Below are positions 52,215-64,000 of a stretch of 64,000 nucleotides of DNA, piece after piece. The notes beneath the pieces were generated by a model. That model was given only the letters and a program-made list of their open reading frames with translations. It did no database searches and was not told the origin of the DNA. Position 1 is the first letter of the stretch; each line of letters begins with the position of its first letter. The stretch comes from Octopus vulgaris (taxonomy: Eukaryota), in NCBI GenBank assembly GCA_951406725.2, contig OX597816.1, positions 104,718,001 to 104,782,000 on the forward strand, written 5' to 3'. The position numbers and the translations under genes are program-made.

Positions 52215-52352
52215 CATAATTTAGGCACAAACCCAAGGAATTTTCAGAGGAGGCAGTCTTCGATACCATCGACCCACAGTATTTTGACTTGTATGTCATT
52301 TCATCGATCTTGGCGGGGTGAAAGGCAAAGTTGATTCCGGAGGATTTTAAAC
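52215..52352 (-). mobile_element. Degenerate Meta-type SINE
   Basis: Reverse complement: AAATCCTCCGGAATCAACTTTGCCTTTCACCCCGCCAAGATCGATGAAATGA. Confidence 0.6.
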
Positions 52353-54469
52353 TACATAGAAAGAGATAATCGATTTTTATCAGATAATCAAAGTAAAATA
52401 TATTGACTGTTAAGATATATATTGATATCAGGATACTAATATATCTTAAAATATTCAACTACACAGTTTATTCAATTTAAGTATCAAATTGTGTGTTGAA
52501 GAAAATGAAATTAGTGTAGTTTTATTTCCAATTACCTATACGCAGTTGGAAAATTACATGATAACCCAATAATTCCTAAATTTTCTATACGTGAAGTAAT
52601 TTAGTTTGTTGGTGTTGGTTTCCATAACAAAAGAAGAAAATTATACATTATATGAATTCTTGAAGATGCGATCTTTAGAAGATGTGGTACTTACCACTTC
52701 TAAAAACTGGCAATTTGTTTTGCGGTAATAAATTTTTCTTCAAAATTGCTTACATAAAATTTGAAATGAACTGCCGTACCATTAAACACAGCACATATGA
52801 AACTAACATATATGAAATTCTGTGTTTAGTGAGAGTAGCGCCATCTATACAGCTATATGTAATTTACAGTTTTCAACGTAAATTATCGGTAAGTATATCC
52901 GTTGTGTTCTATACAATCAATGGATAATAAAACTTCATAAAGCTGAAGCATGACACGAGGCGAGAGAAGTAGGTTTTGATATGTTAATACAAACAAGAAT
53001 AATTTCTGGAACTGATTAGATATAAAAACGATAACTCCAGCTAATGACTGATCTAATGTAATTGATTAGAAAACATAATATGACTAATGAGAGAAGACTG
53101 TACGTCTGATAGCTAATCTCTGAACAGTTTTTACTATTTTCCAATGAAGCGTATAAGGCACTCGGCGATTTATGAATATTCAGTAATATAAAAAAACATA
53201 CATTGAAGTCATCTATTTAGTAACCTATTTATTAATTCACAATAATATGATGCGTGTGACATTTTTTCGTTAATTTGTACTGACATATATTGGAATTACT
53301 AAATAAAGATCAATGAAGTGTTCAGATACGAGGACCACGACCACTCCCCAGGTAGAATAATTGAATGCTAGTATAGGTTCCATTTCTTCAACCGTCTGTA
53401 TCTAGAGTAAAAGTATACAATTTGAAATAACTCTTTGCTGTAACTTACACATTAAAAAAAAAACAGTCAAAACCGACGATTCGATCCTACTTTATGACAT
53501 ATAAAAAGTGTTTAAAAATGCCCGAGTTCACATGTTACTGGATTCCAGCTGTGGAAGCGCCTCTAATCTGCGCCCATAACCAAAATACAATCATTGTAAC
53601 AAAGGTGTCATGGGAATGAAAGAGCACTTCAAGAGGCATTAAGATAATGAATGATAAATAATAAATGGCTAGTACTATTTATAATAAAATGGGAAAAAAT
53701 ATAATGGAAGACAAAATTATTTCCGATAACAAAAAGCGTAACACAAACTCGACAATGTTACTTCATTTAAGTACAGTAATATATATCAAAGTTGAATTAC
53801 TTTACTGTCAGGAAAAAAATGAGATCTATTAAATTTCATCTTAGACGCCCGAGTGAAGGATGAATACGATAAATATCTAAGTACAGTATTACAACCATTA
53901 TCTGTCTTCCCTTGTGTGCATCAGCAGTACTTTAATTCGCGTTAAGCTACTTCCTTTAGCTGGCAGGCGTAGTTAACGTAAGTTTTAAGAATGTTACTTA
54001 AGGCAGATCGATACACTAAATTTCTAAACAATATCTCCCAGAAACTCTTTATCAGTTTTAATTTTTTCCATATTTATATGTAGTTTATATGTGTGTGTAT
54101 GTGTGTATTTGCGCATGTATGTATGTTTTCTGTTTTTAATTATTTAAATTCTTCCTGTTGGGAAGGAGCTCGTTTCTCACAAAAATACAAAGCTCCATTG
54201 TAGGAAAGTAGATGATGTAAACAATATCACATTTTAAACTTGAGAAAAGTGTTGCATTTTTTTATTTCTTCACTTACAGATTGTATTTGTAATGTGCGAG
54301 TCAGTTGGTTGTTTTCGCTTTCTGGAAATCCAAGCTCATCCAGACTGTCAGATAGGGAAATCCTCGGAAGACCAAGGGCACCAACTTATAGTTATAAATG
54401 CAAATTTATAATCTGAATATAGAAGCTGGAGGTGTCCGCAGTTATCTTCTCTCTCTCACTCACTCACTC

Positions 54470-54850
54470 ATTCTCTCTCTCAGATTTTCAAAGAGATAGC
54501 CTCATCAGCAGGACCGATTATCTCTATGACCGTACACACTTTTTCTTGTCTGTCCCAAACAACAATATCCGGTTAGTTATGCTTAAACTTCACAGCTGTT
54601 TTGGGAATATTCTAGCAGTATTCCTTGTAGTGATGCTTATTTTCAATAACAAGGTTGCTCTATATTTTTCGGGGTGGCATTGTATATTGTTTGTACGACA
54701 ACATCCTGTTGCATATGGAGGTAGTACTATAAAGTCATTTTTGGAGGCAAAGTTTAAAGGAAGAATAGTGAACTGTGTTAGTGACGTACCAATCATATAG
54801 GCTGCTACGTGATCCCATAAGATCTTCAAAGAGCCAACAACTATCTCTAT
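54470..54850 (-). pseudogene. R4/Dong-type REL endonuclease fragment
   Basis: Minus strand YYLHMQQDVVVQTIYNA...KTAVKFKHN*PDIVVWDRQEKVCTVIEIIGPADEAISLKI (PD-(D/E)xK region). Confidence 0.7.
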
Positions 54851-55995
54851 TGACACGTTAGAAATAAAAATGTAATGCAAGGAAATGCTTGTTTTGAGTC
54901 AGATTAGTTATACACATACATATTTTTCTAGTACGCACAGGCACCATGCATATGTTCCTAGAGTAATACTTTTTGTACACTTATTAAAAGGTGTCAGAGT
55001 TGTTAGAGCGTCGAAAGCCGTGTATAGTATTCATTTCAACTCCCTTCATTTAGAGGTCAAATTTGCATTTCCTACTTTCAGCTTTAATAAATTTCTGTTT
55101 CTCTCCCGCTCATTCTTTTTTCATTTAATTTTTTTTCTTCTTGACAAAAAAGAAGACAATTTTGAACGCAAACCGTATCTCTAAGGAAGAAATCGGCTAT
55201 ATGCCCCCAAAAAATATTAAGTCAGAACCTTAAGTTTTCATGAGGTGCCGAGTACCCAGGAAAGGAACGAGAAAGAAGTCAGTGAAAAGAAATACTTATT
55301 AGGTCATGGTTTATACTTTTAGATATGTATGAACAAACAAATTGATCGTCTTTAGAATGACATTGACCATCATATAAATGCTTAAGGAGAGCAGAGCAGT
55401 GGTTAACTAATAACACCATCAGTGCATTAATACAATAAACTAAAACAAATTTGTTTATAAGAAGTGATGTTATATTTTCTTTACAAGCAGTGCAGCCATG
55501 TGCTTTGTATGTATTCTTTAAGACTTAAACTGTTTTGCTTAAGAAATAGATGATACGCGATTAAGAAATATTTAAGACGAATGCCTATTCGCATTTACAT
55601 TATCGAACAAAAGCGGAAGCAGTATCCTTCGTAATATTGTTTGGTTCAATTGAGAAATGATGTCCCGGATCTCAATCGCGGTCTATTGTTTCCAGTGTTC
55701 TGCTATATTTACTCATATATCGGCGATTCAGCTTTACAAATTGATCGTGCGCTATCGTCAATATAATTGAAAAGCTCCTATTTGTGTGTGTTTGTGTGTG
55801 TGTGTTTGTGTGTGCGTGTTTGTGTGTGTGTGTTTGTGAGTGTGTATCTGTGTTTGTGTTAGTGTGTGTGTCTGTCTGTCTGTCTGTGTGTGTCTGTCTG
55901 TCTGTCTGTGTGTGTCTGTCTGTCTGTGTGTGTGTGTCTGTGCATACATATATACATGCTTACATAATTGCAAATGTAATTGTATATTATATATA

Positions 55996-56869
55996 CGAGG
56001 TCAGATCAATAAGTATCCGAAATTTTGGTATAGTAACGAAGCTAAAGCACGTAGATTAAAGTCGCTAAATACAGATTGATCTCTTACTCTGCTATGCATG
56101 TGCACTAAGTTTTAATGTACTAGCTCACTTCTGCTGTTTACAGCAGTCCTTGGAAGGAACGTGTGTAGCGTGTGATCGTCTCATTGATCATGATAGAGAA
56201 AGTTGTCGTGGCGATACCTGCTAAGACGCCTACGCAAAGTTGCAGAAAGTGTTGAGAGGAGCGTATGAGACACACATAAGTGTACGAGTGGTTCAGACGT
56301 TTCTAAGATAGCTGAAAAAACGTTCTGGGAAAACCGCAACCAGCAGAACTGAGAAAACATTGCAGATATGCGTGCAGCTGTGAGGGGGATCGTCGAATCA
56401 CCGTCCGTGACTTATCATAGGATGCGCAGATGAGTTGCGGTTCAGTTCAGACCATTATCACTGAAGATTTGGGTATGAGGCGCGTGTCTGCCAAGTTTGT
56501 ACAAAACTAGTTTCAGCTGATCAAAAGGGCACTCGGGTTTCAGTTGCACAAGATCTTCTTGATTGTGTCGAGAACTGTGAAAACGTTTTGAAAACTTTGC
56601 GTAGGCCTCTGAGCAGGTATCACTAGGCTTTTGGCAAAGTTTGAGGCAGATGCTCTGCTCAACCTTTTCTGCCATGGTCAATGCGACGATCACACGCTAC
56701 AAAAGTTCCTTCCAAGCACTGCTGTAAAGAACGAAAGTGAGCTAGAACGTTGAAACTTAGTGTGCATATACAACAGAGTTTAAGGTCAACTCGTACCAAG
56801 CGGTTCTAGTCTACGTGTTATAGCTTCGTTACTATGGCAAAAGTCCTGATATTTATTGATCAGACCACG
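55996..56869. mobile_element. Mariner-derived foldback element built from two inward-facing 5' ends
   Basis: Termini TA|CGAGGTCAGATCAATAAGTATC and GATATTTATTGATCAGACCACG, with inverted arms of about 250-285 bp. Transposase N-terminus on + (VYEWFRRF...DRRITVRDLS...IITEDLGMRRVSAKFV) and on - (MAEKVEQSICLKLCQK..DTCSEAYAK). Confidence 0.88.
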
Positions 56870-56875
56870 TGTATA

Positions 56876-57731
56876 CAGGGTGCGGTGGATATATTGTCTG
56901 CTAAATTACGCAAAAATGAAAATAACACTGATATTTCAATTTAATATAAAAATATCTTGAAATACTAAGGCGTAAATTTATTCAGTAAAATCGCCATTGG
57001 TTTCAACCACGGCCTTAAGATGACTTCGGAATCTTTTGCAACTCTCTTGGACGGTGTCCTAGTTTAAGCTGGTTAATGCCGCCATAATTCTTGCCTTCAG
57101 TTCATCTTCAGTGTTACAAGGAGTTTTGTTAGTCGATCGCTCAACTGCGCCCCACACCTAATAAAGGGAGTTGCAGTCTGGGGAGTTAAGTGGCCAGATG
57201 TTAGGGATGATGTGGTCGCAGAAACTGTCTGACATCCATGACTGGGTTCTCCTGCTTGTGTGGCACGGTACAGAGACCTGTTGGCAGAGATAGGGTCTTA
57301 CAGAAGCCACCCCCTTGATCCAGGGCAACACTACCCCCTCCACTCACTTGATGTAGGCCTCCGTATTGAGTCTGAGGATTTGAGGGAAGATGAATGGAGG
57401 CATAACGTCGCCACCACTAGTGATTACTCCAAACACTATAATGTTAAATGGTTGTTTGATTTTTATCACTCTTGGTATATATTTTGTAGACACGCCATGC
57501 CAACAGTTGTTCACCATTTGCTCGTATTGGAGCTCTCGGCGTAAATACCAAGCAATACAGCATATGGTTTCCAAATTTCTGGCAGAGTAAATTGCGTTAT
57601 GGTGGTCTTTTTCTCTCAGATAGTGGCCAGTTAGGCCTACTATACTGTGCAGTCCACAAAATCAAACACAAACGGTGCACAGGCTCGAAATTAAAAATAT
57701 AAAATGCCGACAATTTACCCATCGCACAATG
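56876..57731 (-). mobile_element. maT/DD37D (Tc1/mariner superfamily) deletion derivative
   Basis: TA|CAGGGTGCG...CGCACAATG|TA termini. Minus strand IIVFGVITSGGDVMPPFIFPQILRLNTEAYIK...VVLPWIK...QQVSVPCHTSRRTQSW...WPLNSPDCNSL...GAVER...HLKAVVETNGDFTE. Confidence 0.88.
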
Positions 57732-59020
57732 TATATATAATTATATTGTATATCCTATGTTATTTATGTGTGTATATATATATATATATATAATATTATA
57801 TCATATATTATATTATATTTAAGTGTTAGTATGTCTGTGCATGTGTGCACACATCTACACAAGTCTCTCTCTCTCTCACTCTCTCTTTTTTTCCCTGAAT
57901 ATAGATATTTATGCATCTATATATAAAATTTCAAATTCTTCTACATATATAGATGCTATGTATTCATATAGCATATGTACACACGCATATTCCTTTATGC
58001 AATAAGGACTTAGATAAATACAGTAAGCGTCATTGAGGTTAAGGAACACATGCCACCTGTCGAAGTATGTACATGTACAAACTATAGGAATCTATTTTAT
58101 CGACACAACAATATTCTTAGCTTAGATATGTAATATGTTAAAGAGAATAACCTAAAACAAAATTTTTAGTGAATTTTGCGTTTATGAGAGAAGATATTTA
58201 AGATGTGGTAGTATCTAGTATTTTCCTTACTTTATCTAATCTAAAATCCATTCAGAGTTATTTTTTTATATAGTTTTCAACGATTAAATATCTCCGCATG
58301 ATATTGTAGTTTTGAGTTTCCTCCAAGCCTGAGCATGTTCTCAATCAAAATAATCTATATAAATCAATATTGGATTAATTTTACTACTTCAAATCTATGA
58401 TTGCTTTCGGTTAGATGAAAATTTGTATTTCAAAATGCATTAAACCCTTAGCGGCCTCATATTATAACTGCATAGTGTTGTACATACATGCATACATACA
58501 TATGTGTGTGTGTGTGTGTATGTGTGTGTGTGTTTGTGTGTGTGTATGCATATAAATATATCATGAAGAAGATCAACAACTTGGTACTCTTTTGTAAACT
58601 GGAGAGATGGGTGTTGGTTGTTCAGGTGAATATCGAACTCTTCTAGAGTATTGAGATTCTGTTCAGATTATGAAACAGTCAACTGCTCTTCCAGCAGTTG
58701 TAGTCCTCTCTATAGGTGTCGAAATATGTCGAAATATGGTTATATGTTGTTTATATGGTTATAAATTTCAATGTTTGATTCTAAGATTTGCTCGTGTGAT
58801 CACTTAGATTTATTTTTAAATGTTTTCAAAATTTTAAGTCAAATATGTAATTGTAGTGTTTTTAAGGATTTTCGGTTAGTATATTTCATACCTTAGGATT
58901 GTATACATTTACATTATTTAAATTTATCGAGAAAACTTATCTTATTTTAACTATATTGGGTAAATACGTTGTATATATACACACACACATATATATACAC
59001 ACATATATATACACACATAC

Positions 59021-59219
<199 letters not shown>

Positions 59220-59269
59220 TACACATATATATACATATATATATATACACACACAAACACACACACACG

Positions 59270-59327
<58 letters not shown>

Positions 59328-59592
59328 ATGAATATTTACAGAGTAATGAAATGGAAATTAAATTGCTAATATTTCAAAATAAGACATACTGCAAAATATC
59401 ATGCATTATAGTTATCGGAAATTTATAATTTTAATAATTTTAGTACATTCATTCATACATGCATATACATATACATACATATATATATATACATACATAT
59501 ATATATATACAAAATAATATAAATAATATATAAATATATGCATGTATACATACATATATGTACATATCTACATATATATGTATACATGTATG

Positions 59593-59807
59593 CATACGTG
59601 GGTGCAGGATGTCAAAACAACGTGCGCAAAATGAGAAACGGGATAAAGCAGGGGACAACTGATGAAATGAATGTTCTTTATGTTGCCTGTCTCGTTTCTC
59701 TATCTGTTTCTTTCGTTGTTCGAAAAAAGGGTCGTTTTCTATTGTTTGTTTTTATGTTCTCGTTTCTCATTTTGTTCACGTTTTTTTACGTCCTGTACCC
59801 ATATATG
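59593..59807. mobile_element. Inverted-repeat element in a TA-rich tract
   Basis: CATACGTGGGTGCAGGATGTC...CAAAATGAGAAACG pairs imperfectly with CGTTTCTCATTTTG...ACGTCCTGTACCCATATATG; the spacer of about 100 bp contains CTGATGA (59659). Confidence 0.7.
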
Positions 59808-59939
59808 AAGGTATGCACATATAATTATGTATATATGCATATATTTATATATTATTTATATTATTATATGATCGAACGCCGCACATCCTTTTCTAAGTAA
59901 TCTTTATCACTCTCTCTCTCCCTCTGTATGTATATATTT

Positions 59940-60793
59940 ATATAAGAATGAATGTTTTTATATATAATGAACGTGAAATACAGGAAGGGACGAACACGGA
60001 ACACAGACAAATCATTCGAAGCCTTCAATCTTCAGTCAGACACCGAATCATCATAGCAAATTTCGGCTGTTCAATTCTGATATTTGCTCCAACTCGGCCA
60101 GCCCCAAGAAAAAAAACTAAGCTGTAAGCATTAGATTTCTTGGTAGAAGACAGGAATGTGAACGCACAAGACGGATGTAAATACAAGAGACGAAAACGAA
60201 ATTGAAAGCAGTAATGAATAAACAAAAACATATATAACGGTGGTTGTCATACGACTTTAGACCAAATGAGACAGAAACAACAACATAGCAGCTGGCGTAG
60301 AAATAATTACCGTTTCGGTAGCGGGGACACATGTTGGTCGAGATACGATGGCCAACAGAATGGTTTAAGAAGCAGCAGGTTGCAGGAGAGAGAGAGAAAG
60401 AGAGACGGAGAGAGAGGGAATCAAAGAGGGTGGAAGGCAGGGGACAGAATCAGTGACCAAGAGAAAAGGAGAAAGAAGGGATTAAGGAGGATGGGAGGAA
60501 GAGGGGGAAGAATCGGAGGGCGCCAAAAAGTTTGGTGAAGAAGCAATGGCGGGTAGGAAAGACAGTGTGTATAGAAGTCGTGCAGGGTTTAAAATTGGAC
60601 AAACAAACGGGGGTGCACGTAACGCCGCAATAATATAAGAATGAATGTTTTTATATATAATGAACGTGAAATACAGGAAGGGACGAACACGGAACACAGA
60701 CAAATCATTCGAAGCCTTCAATCTTCAGTCAGACACCGAATCATCATAGCAAATTTCGGCTGTTCAATCTGATATTTGCTCCAACTCGGCCAG
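59940..60793. mobile_element. Non-coding element with 161/162-bp terminal direct repeats (period 693 bp)
   Basis: 59940-60101 equals 60633-60793 except for a 1-nt indel; TA/CA-rich sequence flanks both sides. Confidence 0.9.
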
Positions 60794-61615
60794 ATGTACA
60801 CACACACACACATATATATATATATAGCTATGCTATTTTTATAATGCAGTTTGAAACATATAGTGTTTATATATGCTGTTATATTTAAAATGAGATTTGT
60901 TTGGGGAAACAATTATTTCAATTATAGGGAGAAAGAATGTTCTTAGAAAAGTCGATACGCTATAAAATATCTCAATGCACGACCTAGGAGAGCGAATATA
61001 TGTAAAATACAACATTTAATATAATGAGCTGTTTAATCATATCAGAGGAAGCGATTTCATGATGTACTATGGGAGAAAATATGATTTACTATATTTAGAG
61101 TAGATGTTATTACAAAATTATCATGTAGCATAAAAAGAAGCTAAAAAAATCTTGGATTATTTAACCATAAATGAGTGATGTTTATATATTCCTCTTAAAA
61201 ATTTTCTGTAACATAATTGTCATATAATATCTTATTAGATCTGTGTGTAATACTGTATGTTTATGGTTGGTAATGGTAACATGAAAGCTGCAGATATGTT
61301 TTTTCTTAGTAATATAGAAGAGAGTAGAGAAGAAACTGACTAAGGTTTTACATAAAAGTTTAATATGAGTGTTTTTAATATAGAAAATTACAATCATTTT
61401 GTATGTGCTTAGGAGCTTGATTTATTATGGGGAATAAGTATGTTACTAAGGTGTAGAAAAATTAAAAGAAGATTCCTCATAATTACAAATTATCAGTTTC
61501 TATATTGTGATAACTTACAGTGATGTAGTAAACCAGATTTACTGTAACATGTATATATGCTACTAATGTATAAGTATTGGCGTACATAATAATAATGGTG
61601 ATGATAATGATGATG

Positions 61616-61646
<31 letters not shown>

Positions 61647-61757
61647 GGATCATGATGATGATAATAGCCTACGTAAAATACTGTCTATATAATCTCAAAT
61701 TTTAAAGCAAGCTCATAATTTTCTTATGGTTTCTTAAACGTTCTCTAGAACAACACT

Positions 61758-62418
<661 letters not shown>

Positions 62419-62419
62419 A

Positions 62420-63148
62420 CATGTAGGGACTGCACAATGAATTCCATGCAGCCACAACAGAAGTTGCTGGAAAAACTAGGTGGGATTGGCTTATGAAAGG
62501 AACACTGCAAAAAGAAACCGAGAGCACTATACTGGTAGTGCAAGACCAAGCTTTGGAAACGAACTGGAGTGTCAACCTTAGGAATGAGCAAGTGTCTCCG
62601 CTGTGTCGCATCTGCAACAGGATGGATGAATGCATAGCCCTAGACTTGCCCAAAATCACTACAATTTGTGGTGAGACGATCAGGTAGCTAAAGTGCTACA
62701 TCGGAAACTATGCGAAATATGGGGGCTAGACAGGCAAGGTGTGGTATGAGCACGAACCGCAGAGAGTGGCGGAGTCGGAGACTAGCAAAATCCTCTGCGA
62801 TTTCCCAATCCAAACAGATCAGGTGCTAGAGAATAACAGACCGGACCTAGTGGTGATGGACAAGATTCACCACATATGTTATATAGCTGATGTTGCATGC
62901 CCCTTTGCCCCACGAATAGTCAAGAAGCAAGGCGAAAAGCTAAACACAACCCTCTTCAGTACGAAATATCCCGACTATGGAAAATTAAGGTGAAAATAGT
63001 GCCAATTATTGTTGGGTTCTTGGGAACAGAAAGCATCAAGGGGAATATAAAGAAAATGGGATTAGAGTGCCCAGTAGAACTGTTACAAAAAGTTTACCTC
63101 CTTGGCACGGCCAGAATAATCAGCAAAGTATTAGAAATAATGAAATAA
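62420..63148 (+). pseudogene. R4/Dong-clade retrotransposon ORF C-terminus (CCHC and REL), disrupted
   Basis: LQKETESTILVVQDQALET, CRICNRMDE, DQVAKVLHRKLCEIWG, KILCDFPIQTDQVLENNRPDLVVMDK...IADVACP, VKIVPIIVGFLGT, LLQKVYLLGTARIISKVL. Confidence 0.85.
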
Positions 63149-63339
63149 TGAAATGAAATAATGTTGATATATATCAGTGTCCATACTGAAATAGGTAGTT
63201 TCTACACAGAAGGTCAACATTTCCATCAAGTTTCTTATTGGTATACTAGTGCGTTTTATTAGATGGATGTCTGTCACTAGTTTTTCTCGTATCACTGATA
63301 GTGCTTCACCAGTTGGGACATCTTAGATCATGTGACCTT

Positions 63340-63575
63340 ATACAGGGACCTACTCGAGCTACTCGACTTGAAGAAAATTCTAACTGGGCCCCACTTTCAA
63401 GGTCATGCGCTGTTTATCTTGTTATGATATCACCATGTCGCGCACATATATTTGTGATGCATGTGCCTAGTGTACCCTTATGAGATAGGTAGTCAGGCGG
63501 GGTATACTGGGTTTGGTATATTTTATCTCAGTGTCACTTTGGTGGTATGCACTGTCTCTCACGCAATAATAATAA

Positions 63576-63606
<31 letters not shown>

Positions 63607-63689
63607 AAGAAGAAGAAGAAGAAGAAGAAGAAGAAGAAGAAGAAGAAGAAGAAGAAGAAGAAGAAGAAGAAGAAGAAGAAGAAGAAGAA
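63340..63689 (+). mobile_element. Retroelement 3' region with an (AAT)n tail that switches to (AAG)n; same family as 268-760
   Basis: Homology to the reverse complement of 313-500; tail (AAT)4 then (AAG)n at 63577-63689. Confidence 0.7.
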
Positions 63690-64000
63690 TTTGTACATCG
63701 GGAACTCTAAGCAAAGACAGGCAAATGGTTGAAGGAAATTGGAATAGAATGTCATATAGAGCTTCCACAGAAAGTCTACCTTTGAGGAATATGAAAGATT
63801 ATCAGATGGCTTCTAAGCACTTGAAAGATTACTGAAAGATAGTGAATACCTAAGATTACCTGCAACCCACTCACAACCTGCAAGGATTGATTGAAATCAA
63901 AAGTAATAATAATCCTACGGTGATAGTGATGATGATGATGGCGATGACGACGATGATGATGAGGATGATAGTGTGATGGGTATTTATAATTGTTTATTAA

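Overview
AT-rich, microsatellite-dense eukaryotic DNA with no host protein-coding exon I can support, so most likely intergenic or a large intron. The SINE repertoire (GGCGCAGGAGTGGCTGTGTGGTAAG... and ...GCCTTTCATCCTTTCGGGGTCGAT... families) points to an Octopus/coleoid cephalopod genome; this is inferred from recognition, not from a search. Most ORFs in the supplied track are microsatellite or chance ORFs. The coding remnants I recognise all come from transposons: a 5'-truncated CR1-type LINE (about 37.5-39.75 kb), Penelope GIY-YIG fragments, R4/Dong-type REL retrotransposon fragments clustered in (TAA)n, an RTE 3' end, mariner and maT (DD37D) derivatives, hAT fragments, a Merlin-like MITE with a 9-bp TSD, and a 41-bp Helitron-like hairpin. 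The most striking structure is a near-perfect, zero-spacer palindrome of about 450 bp (11177-11632) carrying an intact type I hammerhead ribozyme in each arm. Further hammerhead-like motifs, inverted-end elements and a 1.2-mer direct-repeat element occur next to TA-rich microsatellite tracts, which suggests a Penelope/retrozyme-like system associated with (TA)n. All coordinates were read by eye, and those of degraded elements are approximate.
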